DNA of 32,478 nucleotides from a virus. Lineage: Duplodnaviria > Caudoviricetes. Made by a program: the position numbers and the translations under genes. Numbering within the stretch: the first letter of the stretch is position 1; each line of letters begins with the position of its first letter. Shown here piece after piece: positions 1 to 9,392 of this stretch. The stretch is from positions 1 through 32,478 of the IMG/VR virus record IMGVR_UViG_3300038530_002790. One strand, 5' to 3'. The notes below the pieces were generated by a model. That model was not told the origin of the DNA and ran no database searches. It was given only the letters and a program-made list of their open reading frames with translations.

Positions 1-131
1 ATCGTCTTTGTTGTGGATTCCTTCTTCCGCTTTGTTGCCCTTATTGAGCAGGCCAAAGTTGGATTTGGAACAATGGAACAGATCATCAGACTTGTTGCCA
101 TAGCAATGGCCGAATTTGCACTCAGCTCCAT
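1..131. repeat. Terminal direct repeat, left copy (circular-assembly overlap)
   Basis: 1-131 matches 32348-32478 except A78 vs G32425 (GAA/GAG, both Glu). It lies inside the tape-measure ORF. Confidence 0.97.
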
Positions 132-1698
132 GCAAAGCCTGACACAGATCCCACTGATTGGTCCAAAGATCCAGGAAGGTCTTGGTGGTGCGATGGAAGC
201 AACTGAAGCAACCATTGGTTCAATGAATCGGGAATTGTCCAACACAACAGATGCAATCGATGCTGCACGCGAAAAGCAGCAAGCATTTCTTGAAAAAGGA
301 CAGGAGGTGGTCACAAGGATTGAAACCATGGCTACCGGATTTCAGAAAGCTGCAGACGCTGCTGCAGACATCGAGCCACCAGAAGGCTCCGATGCAATCA
401 TGACGTTGGTGGGCATTGACAAAAAAGCAGTGGACCAAGCAAAGAAAGCAGCAAAAGAAGCAGAGAAGAATGCAGCCAATCTGGAGAAGTTCGGTGGGTC
501 CATGGTTCGGATGCGGGACCAGTTCCGTGGTGCTGCGATGTCTGCAGATGCAAACACCAAAGCATCGGAGAAGCTTCAGTTCAGACTGGAGGACATGGCG
601 AAAAAATTTGCAGCTGCCAAAGCGGAAGCAGAAAAGCTTGGACCAGAAGCGGTTCAGAGATTCCAAGAGATAGAAGCGGGGATGGTCGCTTCGATGAATG
701 CGATTGCAGCACAGATTCCACAAGCACAAAGACAAGAACGTGGTGAAGCGATTGGTGGTGCAATCTCTGCAGGGACTGACGCACTTGCTTCAGGTGGTCT
801 CTCAGCACTTGGTGCAGCTGGTCCAGTTGGTGCAGGAATCGCTTCAGCGATTGGTCTTGGTCAGCAAGGTGATGCAGCTTTTGATGCAGCTGCTGCAGAG
901 AAGGCAGGAGAGATTGCAGGGGAAAGACAGGCAGAAATGCAAGCACAGAGAGACAAGCTGCTTGCAGCGGGAACAAGTGAAGCACAGCTGTCTGCTATGG
1001 GATTGGGAGAAGATGCAATCAGTGAAGCTGGAGAGGTGACAGAAGAAGACATTGCAGCAGCAGAAGCACAGACAGACCGTGGTGAAGCAATGGCTGGAGT
1101 GGTGAAAGAAGCTGTCCAGGGTGTGATTGATGGGATCAAATCAATCATTGAAGGTCTTCCAGATATTCTTTCGGAACTGATTCCCATGCTTCTGATTGAT
1201 CTTCCGATGGCATTGATCGAAGTTCTGCCTGCATTGATTGAGAAGCTGATTCCAGTTCTGATCATGGATCTTCCAAAGGCTTTATTCCAGATGGTGATCA
1301 AGCTGATTCCACGCTTGCTTGTCTTGCTGTTTCGTGATCTACCACTTGCGCTATTCAATGGGATTGCGAAATGGTGGACCACAGTGTGGAACGCAATCAA
1401 GGACTTCTTCAGCTTCTCATTCCAGACTGGTGGCTATGTCCCAAGGACGGGGATGGCACTCGTCCATCAAGGTGAGCACGTGATTCCATCCAATGGTGCT
1501 GGAAGCGGTACAGCTACAGCAAAAGGGCTGCAAGCATTCACAGGAGGTGGGGGAAAGAGTTCAGTCACCATCAATACTGCAGTGGTCGATCCAGATTCCG
1601 TGCCCGCTTTGGGGCGCATGCTGGACAGAGATCTTGGTGCGCATGGACGTGCAGAGAATGATCTTTTTGGACAAGTCAACCCATTTACCAGCTTTTGA
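1..1698 (+). CDS. Tail tape measure protein, C-terminal part (continues from 31475 across the join; about 856 aa in total)
   Basis: In frame from position 1 with the ORF starting at 31475. Ala/Gly-rich and helical, with LP..L..LIP periodic repeats and a C-terminal FQTGGYVP..ALVHQGEHVIP motif typical of tape measures. It follows the tail tube and chaperone genes. Confidence 0.9.
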   Translation: MVFVVDSFFRFVALIEQAKVGFGTMEQIIRLVAIAMAEFALSSMQSLTQIPLIGPKIQEGLGGAMEATEATIGSMNRELSNTTDAIDAAREKQQAFLEKGQEVVTRIETMATGFQKAADAAADIEPPEGSDAIMTLVGIDKKAVDQAKKAAKEAEKNAANLEKFGGSMVRMRDQFRGAAMSADANTKASEKLQFRLEDMAKKFAAAKAEAEKLGPEAVQRFQEIEAGMVASMNAIAAQIPQAQRQERGEAIGGAISAGTDALASGGLSALGAAGPVGAGIASAIGLGQQGDAAFDAAAAEKAGEIAGERQAEMQAQRDKLLAAGTSEAQLSAMGLGEDAISEAGEVTEEDIAAAEAQTDRGEAMAGVVKEAVQGVIDGIKSIIEGLPDILSELIPMLLIDLPMALIEVLPALIEKLIPVLIMDLPKALFQMVIKLIPRLLVLLFRDLPLALFNGIAKWWTTVWNAIKDFFSFSFQTGGYVPRTGMALVHQGEHVIPSNGAGSGTATAKGLQAFTGGGGKSSVTINTAVVDPDSVPALGRMLDRDLGAHGRAENDLFGQVNPFTSF

Positions 1699-1707
1699 TG
1701 GAGGTCA

Positions 1708-2502
1708 ATGATGGGATTCCCTTTCTTTACTTGGTGGCCGCATCAAAGCAAGCTTGGAACGACTCGCCAGACAATCACACTGTCTGAAGGTCTCAGTGAT
1801 CTGCAGATCACACCCAAGAGAGACATCATTGATACATACACCATCGACGGTGGACGAGTGAGGGAGCTGCTCCGACCATATCTGGATGTGAGAATTGTCT
1901 TGGAGCGATACACAGACAGGAACCTTTTCCGAGATTTGAACTCCATGATCAATCACTTGGAACGTGGTGGAACTGTTGCATTCGGTCTTGATTCAGAGAA
2001 TGCTTGGTCTTGTCAGTTGCTGGTAGAGGTAGAACCAGGAGCAACCTTGCTGAAGGTGGGACCAAATGAGACTTCGACCTATCATGCAGACAGTGCAAGT
2101 GCGGTCCCACAAATCAAAGATGAAATCACGATAGAATCTGGCCCACCAGTGGCAAAAAGGGAGAGTCATGTGATTGAGGGGATTGGAACAAGTGGAGAGA
2201 ATTTCAATTTGACGATTGATCCTGCAGATGTCTTGAGGGAGCGCGCCACCTTTGACTACTTTCCAGAAGGGTCCACAGTCAGGTTCAGTGACTTCTTCCC
2301 CACCATGATCCTTCCAACGGGTGCAGTGGGGTCAATGATGAACACCCATGATCACCGAATTGCATACACATTGGATATCACCCTGACCTATGTGATCCCA
2401 CGCAAAGAGATAGCCGTTCCGAATCAATATGGAAATCTCGGAATAGCTACTGTGGATCAGCCCCAATACGACATCAAGAATCCAATGAAATTTCAGGTGT
2501 GA
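1708..2502 (+). CDS. Putative tail-tip/distal tail protein
   Basis: 264-aa ORF with a GGAGG RBS, directly after the tape measure. Function inferred from position only. Confidence 0.55.
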   Translation: MMGFPFFTWWPHQSKLGTTRQTITLSEGLSDLQITPKRDIIDTYTIDGGRVRELLRPYLDVRIVLERYTDRNLFRDLNSMINHLERGGTVAFGLDSENAWSCQLLVEVEPGATLLKVGPNETSTYHADSASAVPQIKDEITIESGPPVAKRESHVIEGIGTSGENFNLTIDPADVLRERATFDYFPEGSTVRFSDFFPTMILPTGAVGSMMNTHDHRIAYTLDITLTYVIPRKEIAVPNQYGNLGIATVDQPQYDIKNPMKFQV

Positions 2503-2503
2503 T

Positions 2504-4459
2504 ATGGGGCGATGGTCGTACGAATTCAGTCAAAGACTAAAGAATGACCGGGTGTATGCACCACAATTCAGACTGGTGATCGGGACTCCTGCAGTCAGCA
2601 CAAAGGTGGGGGACTGGGAATCCTCCAATCAGAAGGTTCTCGAAATCACTTCCCACCCCAACACCAATTCATTCAGTGGTGCATTCAAGGGTGTTGCATA
2701 TCAGTATTTGGTTGGATTGACTCGAAACATATCAGTGGGAGCGCAAAGCATAACACCAAGAAAATTCCAGTACACTGGAATGACCATGACTGCAGAAGTA
2801 ACGAGAGCAGCTGCAGAACTTGCGCAACAGATGCCCATAGGCACTCTGTCAAGATTGCAGATGCGATTGGTCGGTTCTTCGGAGCACGGTGGTGTCACTG
2901 ACTTTGAGAACATCCACCTTGGAGTCTTCAAGGGATTGAAGTGGAACGGTGAAAAATACATTCTGAACTTCTCAGACGCACTGGAAGCAGCACAGCAAAG
3001 AGTGACAGAAGATGGAACCTATCGAGCAGCATCTGCTTCAAATTATAGTTGGTTTGCAGGGATTGGAGTTGGTCAGGATCTCACCACAATGACTGCTGTG
3101 GGCACGTTCGGTGGAAGCATTGGTGTCACCCTCACAGCACCATATGATGCTGAATCGTCCACTCGGACAGGTCATGCATACAAGAAGGTGGATTCTTTTG
3201 GTGGTCAGGATTTCCACTATGGTCTTCCATTGAGTCCACTGAGCAGCAGGTTCCACAACCTCTTCTTCCAGGTGACCAACACAGAAAATGAATCCACATT
3301 CTTGGTTGCGAGTGGACTATTCACCAGTGCTGACCCCACTCCAAGAATGCGCCTGGGATCTGTTTATTCCAACGCTGTGTTCCCATATTTAGGTAGGCAG
3401 CAAGCAGGGGACACAGACCATGGAATGGAGGCCGGTTCAAAAGTGAAGCAGGTCTGCATCATTCACGGGACTCCAGTCACAGAGATTGTCAACACAATTT
3501 ACACCATGGGATATCATCACCAGATGGTCTGTGGGCTATTTGGTGAGACCGTAGATGAAGCAAAGAATGCTTTGAACATCATGGACATCAATGCTGCACA
3601 TGGGAGATTCAATGAAGCATGGGCTGCATCTACAGGTGTCTCAGCGAGAAGAACGGGTGTGATTCCCATGTTCGCAGCATTTACCAAAGAGAGTCAGAGT
3701 GGATACTCTGACATCAAAAAAATCTGTTCCAAATATGGTGTGTTCCCACGCTTCAAGGAAGGGGGCTATGGTGTGGGAGCGTGCACGCATCCACAATATG
3801 ACAAATATCCACGAAGCGCAGACACTTTGATTCTTGCACAAGATATTGAATCAGCAGAATACAACCTTCCAGATCCACAAAGTAAAGGGATCTATTCAGT
3901 GCTGACGCAGAGTGATTCTGATCATTCCAGTGATAGTCCATCTGTCTTCGATGGGAATTACACCATCAATGGAACCTCTCCGATCATCCCACAATTCACA
4001 TTGAATACTTCTGATGTGGCTCCAGGACAGGTGTTGGGCGAAAAGTATTTTGACTACTTCAACAATCAAATCTTCTCCAGGTGGTTTGCAGCACAGAGAA
4101 GACAGGTGGTGTTGCGTCTTTGCGGGTTTAAATTTGCGCACCTTGCACCAGGGGACACAGTGGACATCTTCATGGGAGTGACAGATTCCAACAGGGCTCA
4201 TGGATGGGGTCTGAGAGGTACACCATCAGCTGGACGGCATCATGTGCTGACAAGCGTGGATTCTGTCGAGGCAAGACAACAAGGTGCATACACAGTGATG
4301 AGTGTCAAGGTGGACTGGATAGGTGCAAAAGTCCACCTGACCCTGTCACGATTTGCAACAGGGAAGGCCAATGCAACATTCTCATTGGTGCCTGCAGGAG
4401 ATGGAAGACTGGCGAATGAGCTTGGAGTTCCCCAAGATGACATTGATCCGGATTACTGA
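2504..4459 (+). CDS. Putative baseplate hub/tail-tip protein
   Basis: 651 aa, second gene after the tape measure. The C-terminal L.PGDTV....YTVMSVKVDW...VHLTL pattern resembles hub-type tail proteins. Confidence 0.55.
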   Translation: MGRWSYEFSQRLKNDRVYAPQFRLVIGTPAVSTKVGDWESSNQKVLEITSHPNTNSFSGAFKGVAYQYLVGLTRNISVGAQSITPRKFQYTGMTMTAEVTRAAAELAQQMPIGTLSRLQMRLVGSSEHGGVTDFENIHLGVFKGLKWNGEKYILNFSDALEAAQQRVTEDGTYRAASASNYSWFAGIGVGQDLTTMTAVGTFGGSIGVTLTAPYDAESSTRTGHAYKKVDSFGGQDFHYGLPLSPLSSRFHNLFFQVTNTENESTFLVASGLFTSADPTPRMRLGSVYSNAVFPYLGRQQAGDTDHGMEAGSKVKQVCIIHGTPVTEIVNTIYTMGYHHQMVCGLFGETVDEAKNALNIMDINAAHGRFNEAWAASTGVSARRTGVIPMFAAFTKESQSGYSDIKKICSKYGVFPRFKEGGYGVGACTHPQYDKYPRSADTLILAQDIESAEYNLPDPQSKGIYSVLTQSDSDHSSDSPSVFDGNYTINGTSPIIPQFTLNTSDVAPGQVLGEKYFDYFNNQIFSRWFAAQRRQVVLRLCGFKFAHLAPGDTVDIFMGVTDSNRAHGWGLRGTPSAGRHHVLTSVDSVEARQQGAYTVMSVKVDWIGAKVHLTLSRFATGKANATFSLVPAGDGRLANELGVPQDDIDPDY

Positions 4460-4471
4460 TAGGATTTGCAC
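4457..4471 (+). promoter_or_regulatory. Candidate extended -10 promoter (TGaTAGGAT), copy 1
   Basis: TGATAGGATTTGCAC is nearly identical to 16841-16854. It sits at a gene junction and is followed by an RBS (AGAGG). Confidence 0.45.
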
Positions 4472-4488
4472 AAGATAAGAGGTGTCCA

Positions 4489-4833
4489 ATGGCAATGACC
4501 GAAATCACGTTTTCAAGAAATATCTCACCAGATGTGAAGCGATTCCAGTTGGATGGGAGCAGTGCAGACAAAGCAACCCAAGTGAACATTCCAAACTGGT
4601 GCAGAAGGATCACGATCCGTCCAGAGGGACACAAAGCACGTCTGTCATTCACCAGCTCATCTGATAACATCAATGATGACTTCATCAAGCTCAGTGCAAA
4701 TTCACCATCTGAAATTGAAATTGTATCTGGTGAAGGAAAAGATAACCGAGTCAACAAACTGTACATTGCAAACATTACTGGACGTGTGGGTCAGTTTGTT
4801 TCTGTGCTGGTTGAAGGGAAGACAACACGATGA
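4489..4833 (+). CDS. Hypothetical virion-associated protein
   Basis: 114 aa with an AGAGGT RBS. Its stop overlaps the next start (ATGA). Confidence 0.6.
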   Translation: MAMTEITFSRNISPDVKRFQLDGSSADKATQVNIPNWCRRITIRPEGHKARLSFTSSSDNINDDFIKLSANSPSEIEIVSGEGKDNRVNKLYIANITGRVGQFVSVLVEGKTTR

Positions 4834-6770
4834 AGGGCACAGCAGAACAAGCAGTGACTGCAGTCAACAATGCAGTTGAAAACAGGGTGTTGACAGTTGG
4901 ATCTGTTGCAGATGAGCAACAAGAGCTGGAAGCTGAATCTAATTTGACTTTCGATGGTTCTACGCTTGCACTCACAGGTGATCAAACAATCAGCGGCAAT
5001 CTGACTGTAAGTGGAACCACCACTTCTGTTCAGACCACCAACACGGTGGTCAAAGACCAACTGATTGAACTTGGAAATGGTCGGACTGGAAGCGCTTCTG
5101 GTGATGCTGGAATCATTGTGGAGCGTGGAAGTGACGCGAATGCTGGACTCATTTGGGATGAAAGTGCAGACTCTTGGCACGTGTGCACCACGTCAGCAAC
5201 AGGCGCGAGCAGTGGAGACCTAACGTTGACAGACGCAGCGCTCAAGACAGCTGCCATCACCACAACGGGCATCACTGCAAGCGGTCAAGTGCAAGCGGTC
5301 TCATTTACGAGCAGCGGGAATGCGTCTTTTGATGGGAACATGGAAGCGGCAACCGTCACAGTGGGTGGAACTGCATTGAATACAGTCATCGCTGGTGTGA
5401 CAGTCACTAACGCAACCAACGCAACCAACGCGACCAACGCAACCAACGCGACCAACGCAACCAACAGCACCAACGTGGTGGTTGCTGACGAGTCAAGCGA
5501 TACAACATGCTTTCCACTATTTGCAACAGCTGCATCTGGAACACTGCCTGTGAAAACGGGAAGCAATCTGACATTCAATTCATCCACTGGAAAGTTGACT
5601 GTCTCCGAAGTTGCATCAGGTGACATCACTGGTGCAACTGTTTCATGCAGTGGCGTGGACTGCACTGGTGCAATTGATGGGGTGACAGCTGCAATTGGTC
5701 AAGTCACAGTGGATGACATTTTGATTGATGGCAAAATCATCACCATGACAGGGTCCAGTGGAGACACTGCGACATTCACAGCGGGAACCAATGGCACACT
5801 GGATATTGCCACCACTGACGCCACTGGAGATGCAGCGAATATTGGAATCACAGCAGATGGGACTGCAACGCTTGCTGGAACCACTGTCACACTGGATTCT
5901 TCTGGTGGTATCACACTTGACGCGGACGGTGGGACCATCACTTTTGCTGATGCGGGAAGCTCATTGGGAACGATCACTTCATCTGGATACTCTGGCACAG
6001 CAGCAGTTGCCAGTGCTGTCACGGTATCCGATGAGTCATCAGACACCAGCTGCAATGTTCTATTTGCAACAGCAGCCACTGGTGATCTATCACCCAAAAG
6101 TGGAACCAATCTCACATTCAATTCTTCCAATGGAACACTCTCTTGCACTGCCTTGGACATCAGTGGTGATGCTGACATTGATGGAACGCTGGAAGCTGAC
6201 GCTATCACTGTGGACGGTGTAGCACTGACAGAGGTCATTCAAGACACTGTTGGTGCAATGGTTAGCAGTAACACGGAGCAGGGGATCTCTGTCACATATG
6301 AGGACGGTGATGGGACTCTTGATTTTCAGATGAGCAGCACCATCGTTGCAAACACTTTGGAGATCAATCAAAGCACGCTTGCTGATGAAAACATATCTGG
6401 AATCACAGCAATCTTTTCCGCTGGTGAATCGATGAATCGCGGTGATGTGTGCTTCTTCGATTCTGGCAACAATAAGATGATGAAAGCAAACCACGCAACG
6501 GGACAGCACAAGAAGATGATTGTTGCGATGGCTGGTGAAGACATCAGTGCAAATGCCGATGGAGTCTTTCTGATGCAGGGATTCTGCAGAGATGCTGCAT
6601 CATTCCCAAGCTTCACAATTGGTGAACCAATATATGGACCAGAAGCAGAGGGACCACCAACAAGCACAGCACCTTCTGATGATGGTGATCTTGTTCAGGT
6701 GCTGGGGTTCAGTGTCACAGCAGATATGGTTTATTTTGCGCCATCCTTCAACATTGTTGAGATAGCCTGA
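4830..6770 (+). CDS. Fibre protein (tail or head fibre), Thr/Gly/Ala/Ser-rich
   Basis: 646 aa with a TNA tandem repeat, a duplicated DESSDT.C..LFATAA.G.L..K.G.NLTFNSS module, and a C-terminal AGE...GD domain resembling capsid-cement-like domains. Confidence 0.75.
   Translation: MKGTAEQAVTAVNNAVENRVLTVGSVADEQQELEAESNLTFDGSTLALTGDQTISGNLTVSGTTTSVQTTNTVVKDQLIELGNGRTGSASGDAGIIVERGSDANAGLIWDESADSWHVCTTSATGASSGDLTLTDAALKTAAITTTGITASGQVQAVSFTSSGNASFDGNMEAATVTVGGTALNTVIAGVTVTNATNATNATNATNATNATNSTNVVVADESSDTTCFPLFATAASGTLPVKTGSNLTFNSSTGKLTVSEVASGDITGATVSCSGVDCTGAIDGVTAAIGQVTVDDILIDGKIITMTGSSGDTATFTAGTNGTLDIATTDATGDAANIGITADGTATLAGTTVTLDSSGGITLDADGGTITFADAGSSLGTITSSGYSGTAAVASAVTVSDESSDTSCNVLFATAATGDLSPKSGTNLTFNSSNGTLSCTALDISGDADIDGTLEADAITVDGVALTEVIQDTVGAMVSSNTEQGISVTYEDGDGTLDFQMSSTIVANTLEINQSTLADENISGITAIFSAGESMNRGDVCFFDSGNNKMMKANHATGQHKKMIVAMAGEDISANADGVFLMQGFCRDAASFPSFTIGEPIYGPEAEGPPTSTAPSDDGDLVQVLGFSVTADMVYFAPSFNIVEIA
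5406..5474 (+). repeat. 9-bp coding tandem repeat encoding (TNA)6-TNS-TN
   Basis: Six ACYAACGCR units at 5406-5459, then ACCAACAGC and ACCAAC. Confidence 0.95.
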
Positions 6771-7939
6771 TGCCTAATCTGGAAAAGATGAACACCGTCG
6801 CCGCTGGTAGCATCGAGAAGATTGATGGTGTTGCATATGCCAGTGTGGACAAGATTGATGGTGTCTCGTGTCCATCTGCATCTGGAGCAACACGTTGGGT
6901 GATTGCTGCAGCTGGTGGGCATTGCATGCACGCTTCTAATTCCGATCGGACGAGCTGGACCAGCTATGACAACACAGCAAGCACTGCGACCCCACAAAGA
7001 TTTGATGCTGGCTTTGGCAAGGACAACAATGGAAATGGGATCTACATGTTTGCAAGCGCAGGATCTACCAGAGAAATTCAAATCTCTGGAAGTGATGTGA
7101 CATCTGTGTCTGATTGGACTGATGTGAATCTGACCAATGATTCTCTCTGGCAGATCATGTGGGGTGCAAGGTCAGACGGTTCAGCTGCAGGGACATGGAT
7201 GGCTGTTGGTGAACAGGACAATGAACAAATCTATCGAAGCATAGACGGTGGACAGAATTGGTCTGCTATTGATCTCTCTGGATTGACCGGACACAGTGGA
7301 GGGACTGCCAACGACATCAAAGGAATTGCATCAGACGGACAAGGTAATTGGATGTTCGGTCAAGGAGACCGCATATACTACAGCAACAATGATGGTGCAT
7401 CCTTCACTGTCAGCGTTCCAAACTGGAGCAACAATGAAAGTCCGGGAACGATGCAGGGCATCACCTACACAAATAATAGTTGGGTGATCTGCTACAGCAG
7501 GGGAAGTCAGCCACGGTTTAGATCTTGCGCAGCGTCGGACATCACAGACTGGTCTGATGAACTTTCGGTTGGAGATTCTGGAGACAATTGGACTGGCTCA
7601 ATTGCACATCCAGATTCACAAGAGAAAAGGATGATCATGGCTTCTGCTGCTGGTCGCGTTGCTGCGATTTCAGAACTGGATGATCGGGTTGTGTATTTTG
7701 ATGTGAATGGAAAGAGCATGACCAATGTGTCCCAAGCGGACATGTCCATGAGTGGTGACACGGCCTACGACATGGCGACGGATGGAAGCACATGGTTGCT
7801 CGCTTGCAAGGATGGGGATGTTTGGGAATCGACCAATGCAGCTGCGACGTGGAACCAGATTGTGGACGGATTCACCCAAGCAAATGGAACAGCACACCAC
7901 CTGATGGGTGTCACTTGTGATGTTCTGCTTCCACTTTGA
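6770..7939 (+). CDS. Putative receptor-binding protein, Asp-box/BNR beta-propeller
   Basis: Contains YRSIDGGQNW, YYSNNDGASF and WESTNAAATW Asp-box-like motifs plus N-terminal KIDGV repeats. Coupled to the fibre gene by TGATG. Confidence 0.7.
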   Translation: MPNLEKMNTVAAGSIEKIDGVAYASVDKIDGVSCPSASGATRWVIAAAGGHCMHASNSDRTSWTSYDNTASTATPQRFDAGFGKDNNGNGIYMFASAGSTREIQISGSDVTSVSDWTDVNLTNDSLWQIMWGARSDGSAAGTWMAVGEQDNEQIYRSIDGGQNWSAIDLSGLTGHSGGTANDIKGIASDGQGNWMFGQGDRIYYSNNDGASFTVSVPNWSNNESPGTMQGITYTNNSWVICYSRGSQPRFRSCAASDITDWSDELSVGDSGDNWTGSIAHPDSQEKRMIMASAAGRVAAISELDDRVVYFDVNGKSMTNVSQADMSMSGDTAYDMATDGSTWLLACKDGDVWESTNAAATWNQIVDGFTQANGTAHHLMGVTCDVLLPL

Positions 7940-7947
7940 GGTGATTC

Positions 7948-8517
7948 ATGCTTCCAGAAGTATTGCAAGAGGTCAAGAAGCGTGGACATGCAATCTTTGA
8001 GCGTGGTGCGTGGAATCTGAATTTGATTGGTGTCAGAACGCCCACACTTCAATCCAATCTCTTTGATGATCATCTTCACTGTGTATTCAAGGATGATTGT
8101 GGTCAATGGGTTGACATCAGCTTCCAATGCACCACAGATCCAGGTCTGTATTGGTTGCACAATCCAATGAGATCTGCAGGAACTGCAATCATGTGTCCCG
8201 GTCAATATCGCGGAGCATACAAGATTGGGATGCACAGAAAGAGGTATCCAGCATTGGTTCAGGTGAAACCAGTCAAAGTGTTCAGGGACCGCAACAGGGA
8301 TGAGATCCTGGACATGGACCCAAAGACGATCACTGAAGGTCTGTATGGTGTGAACATCCACCACAGTGGAGAGAGTGGTTCTGAAAACGTGAATCGCTGG
8401 TCAGCTGGTTGCACGGTCCTGTCCAATCTGAATGACTGGGAAGTCTTTTTGTCTATCGTGAGGAGATCAGCTGACACATATGGTGATCGGTTCACATACA
8501 CCCTGATTGAAAAATAG
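7948..8517 (+). CDS. Putative endolysin, YkuD/L,D-transpeptidase-like cysteine peptidase
   Basis: GVNIHH...RWSAGC fits the H-x(n)-S-x-G-C catalytic motif. It lies directly before a holin-like gene and has a GAGGTG RBS. Confidence 0.65.
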   Translation: MLPEVLQEVKKRGHAIFERGAWNLNLIGVRTPTLQSNLFDDHLHCVFKDDCGQWVDISFQCTTDPGLYWLHNPMRSAGTAIMCPGQYRGAYKIGMHRKRYPALVQVKPVKVFRDRNRDEILDMDPKTITEGLYGVNIHHSGESGSENVNRWSAGCTVLSNLNDWEVFLSIVRRSADTYGDRFTYTLIEK

Positions 8518-8525
8518 GAGAACCT

Positions 8526-8729
8526 ATGCTTGAGAAATTCAAGAGTCGAAAATTCATCGCTGCATTCTGTGGTGCACTGCTTCCACCTGTCCTTGCATAC
8601 CTTGGACAAGAGATTGAACTTGGTGAAGCTTTGCAACTGTCTGCAGCTGTCATTGTTTCGTACATATTCGGGCAAGGATATGTGGATGGGAAGGCTGCAG
8701 AAGGTGCAGATACCTCATCAGATGGTTGA
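8526..8729 (+). CDS. Putative holin
   Basis: 67 aa with a basic N-terminus (KSRKF), two hydrophobic segments and a charged C-terminus. AGGAG RBS; adjacent to the endolysin. Confidence 0.7.
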   Translation: MLEKFKSRKFIAAFCGALLPPVLAYLGQEIELGEALQLSAAVIVSYIFGQGYVDGKAAEGADTSSDG

Positions 8730-8976
8730 CATGCTTGGAGCAATCATTGACGCACTTGCAGTGATAGGTGCTGCAGGTGTGATTGCTTTTGCTGGCTTTG
8801 TATGGAAAAAGCTGCAAGGATCAAAGCAGAAGACACTGACACCATCACAACCCGCTTCAGAGGTTAGAAACATCGTGATCAATCATGGGCAAGACAATCA
8901 AGATCAGATTGATTCTGCCTTGGAGTCTGACGATGCTGCAGGGAGACTTGCGCAGCTTGGAAACAAAAGACGCTGA
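8722..8976 (+). CDS. Single-TM membrane protein, possibly i-spanin-like
   Basis: Likely start is ATG 8722 or 8731 within the 8530 track ORF. N-terminal TM segment followed by KK, then a helical domain; lysis cassette position. Confidence 0.5.
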   Translation: MVDMLGAIIDALAVIGAAGVIAFAGFVWKKLQGSKQKTLTPSQPASEVRNIVINHGQDNQDQIDSALESDDAAGRLAQLGNKRR

Positions 8977-8978
8977 TC

Positions 8979-9392
8979 ATGATGAATCTTCTGGTGCTAT
9001 CACTGGCTGCTGCTGCATCACCTGCAGTCCTTCCACAGTGGCCAGATGCACCAGATCCTGCACACAGTGAGTGTCCAGAATCTGTTCCGGTTCGAGCTGG
9101 TCAGAAGCTTCCCAATCTCCTTTCAGGGGAGTCTGGTCTTGCTGTGTGCTCTTCTATCTGTGAACCGCTTTCATCATATGCACACCTGTTGCAGATTGAG
9201 CAGCACGCAAAGACGTTGGAAGAGTTGTATCAAGTGGACACAGAAAGACTGCAGCATGATGTGAACTATTGGCGACAGCAAGCGCAGCAGCATAACAGTC
9301 TACACAGACAGCCTTGGTTTGTGGCTGTCACCACCACGTTGCTTGTTGGAACACTTGTTCTGACGTATGATTCAACCAGAGGTGCAGAATGA
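8979..9392 (+). CDS. Exported/membrane protein, possibly spanin-like
   Basis: Signal-peptide-like N-terminus, Pro-rich segment, three Cys, a coiled coil and a C-terminal hydrophobic helix. Confidence 0.5.
   Translation: MMNLLVLSLAAAASPAVLPQWPDAPDPAHSECPESVPVRAGQKLPNLLSGESGLAVCSSICEPLSSYAHLLQIEQHAKTLEELYQVDTERLQHDVNYWRQQAQQHNSLHRQPWFVAVTTTLLVGTLVLTYDSTRGAE

Noticed and set aside
1-131. Physical terminal repeat of the virion DNA
   Set aside because: It falls in the middle of the tape-measure gene, far from the terminase region, so a circular assembly overlap is more likely.
4830-7939. Diversity-generating retroelement acting on the fibre genes
   Set aside because: There is no reverse transcriptase, and the internal duplication differs at all base types rather than only at adenines.
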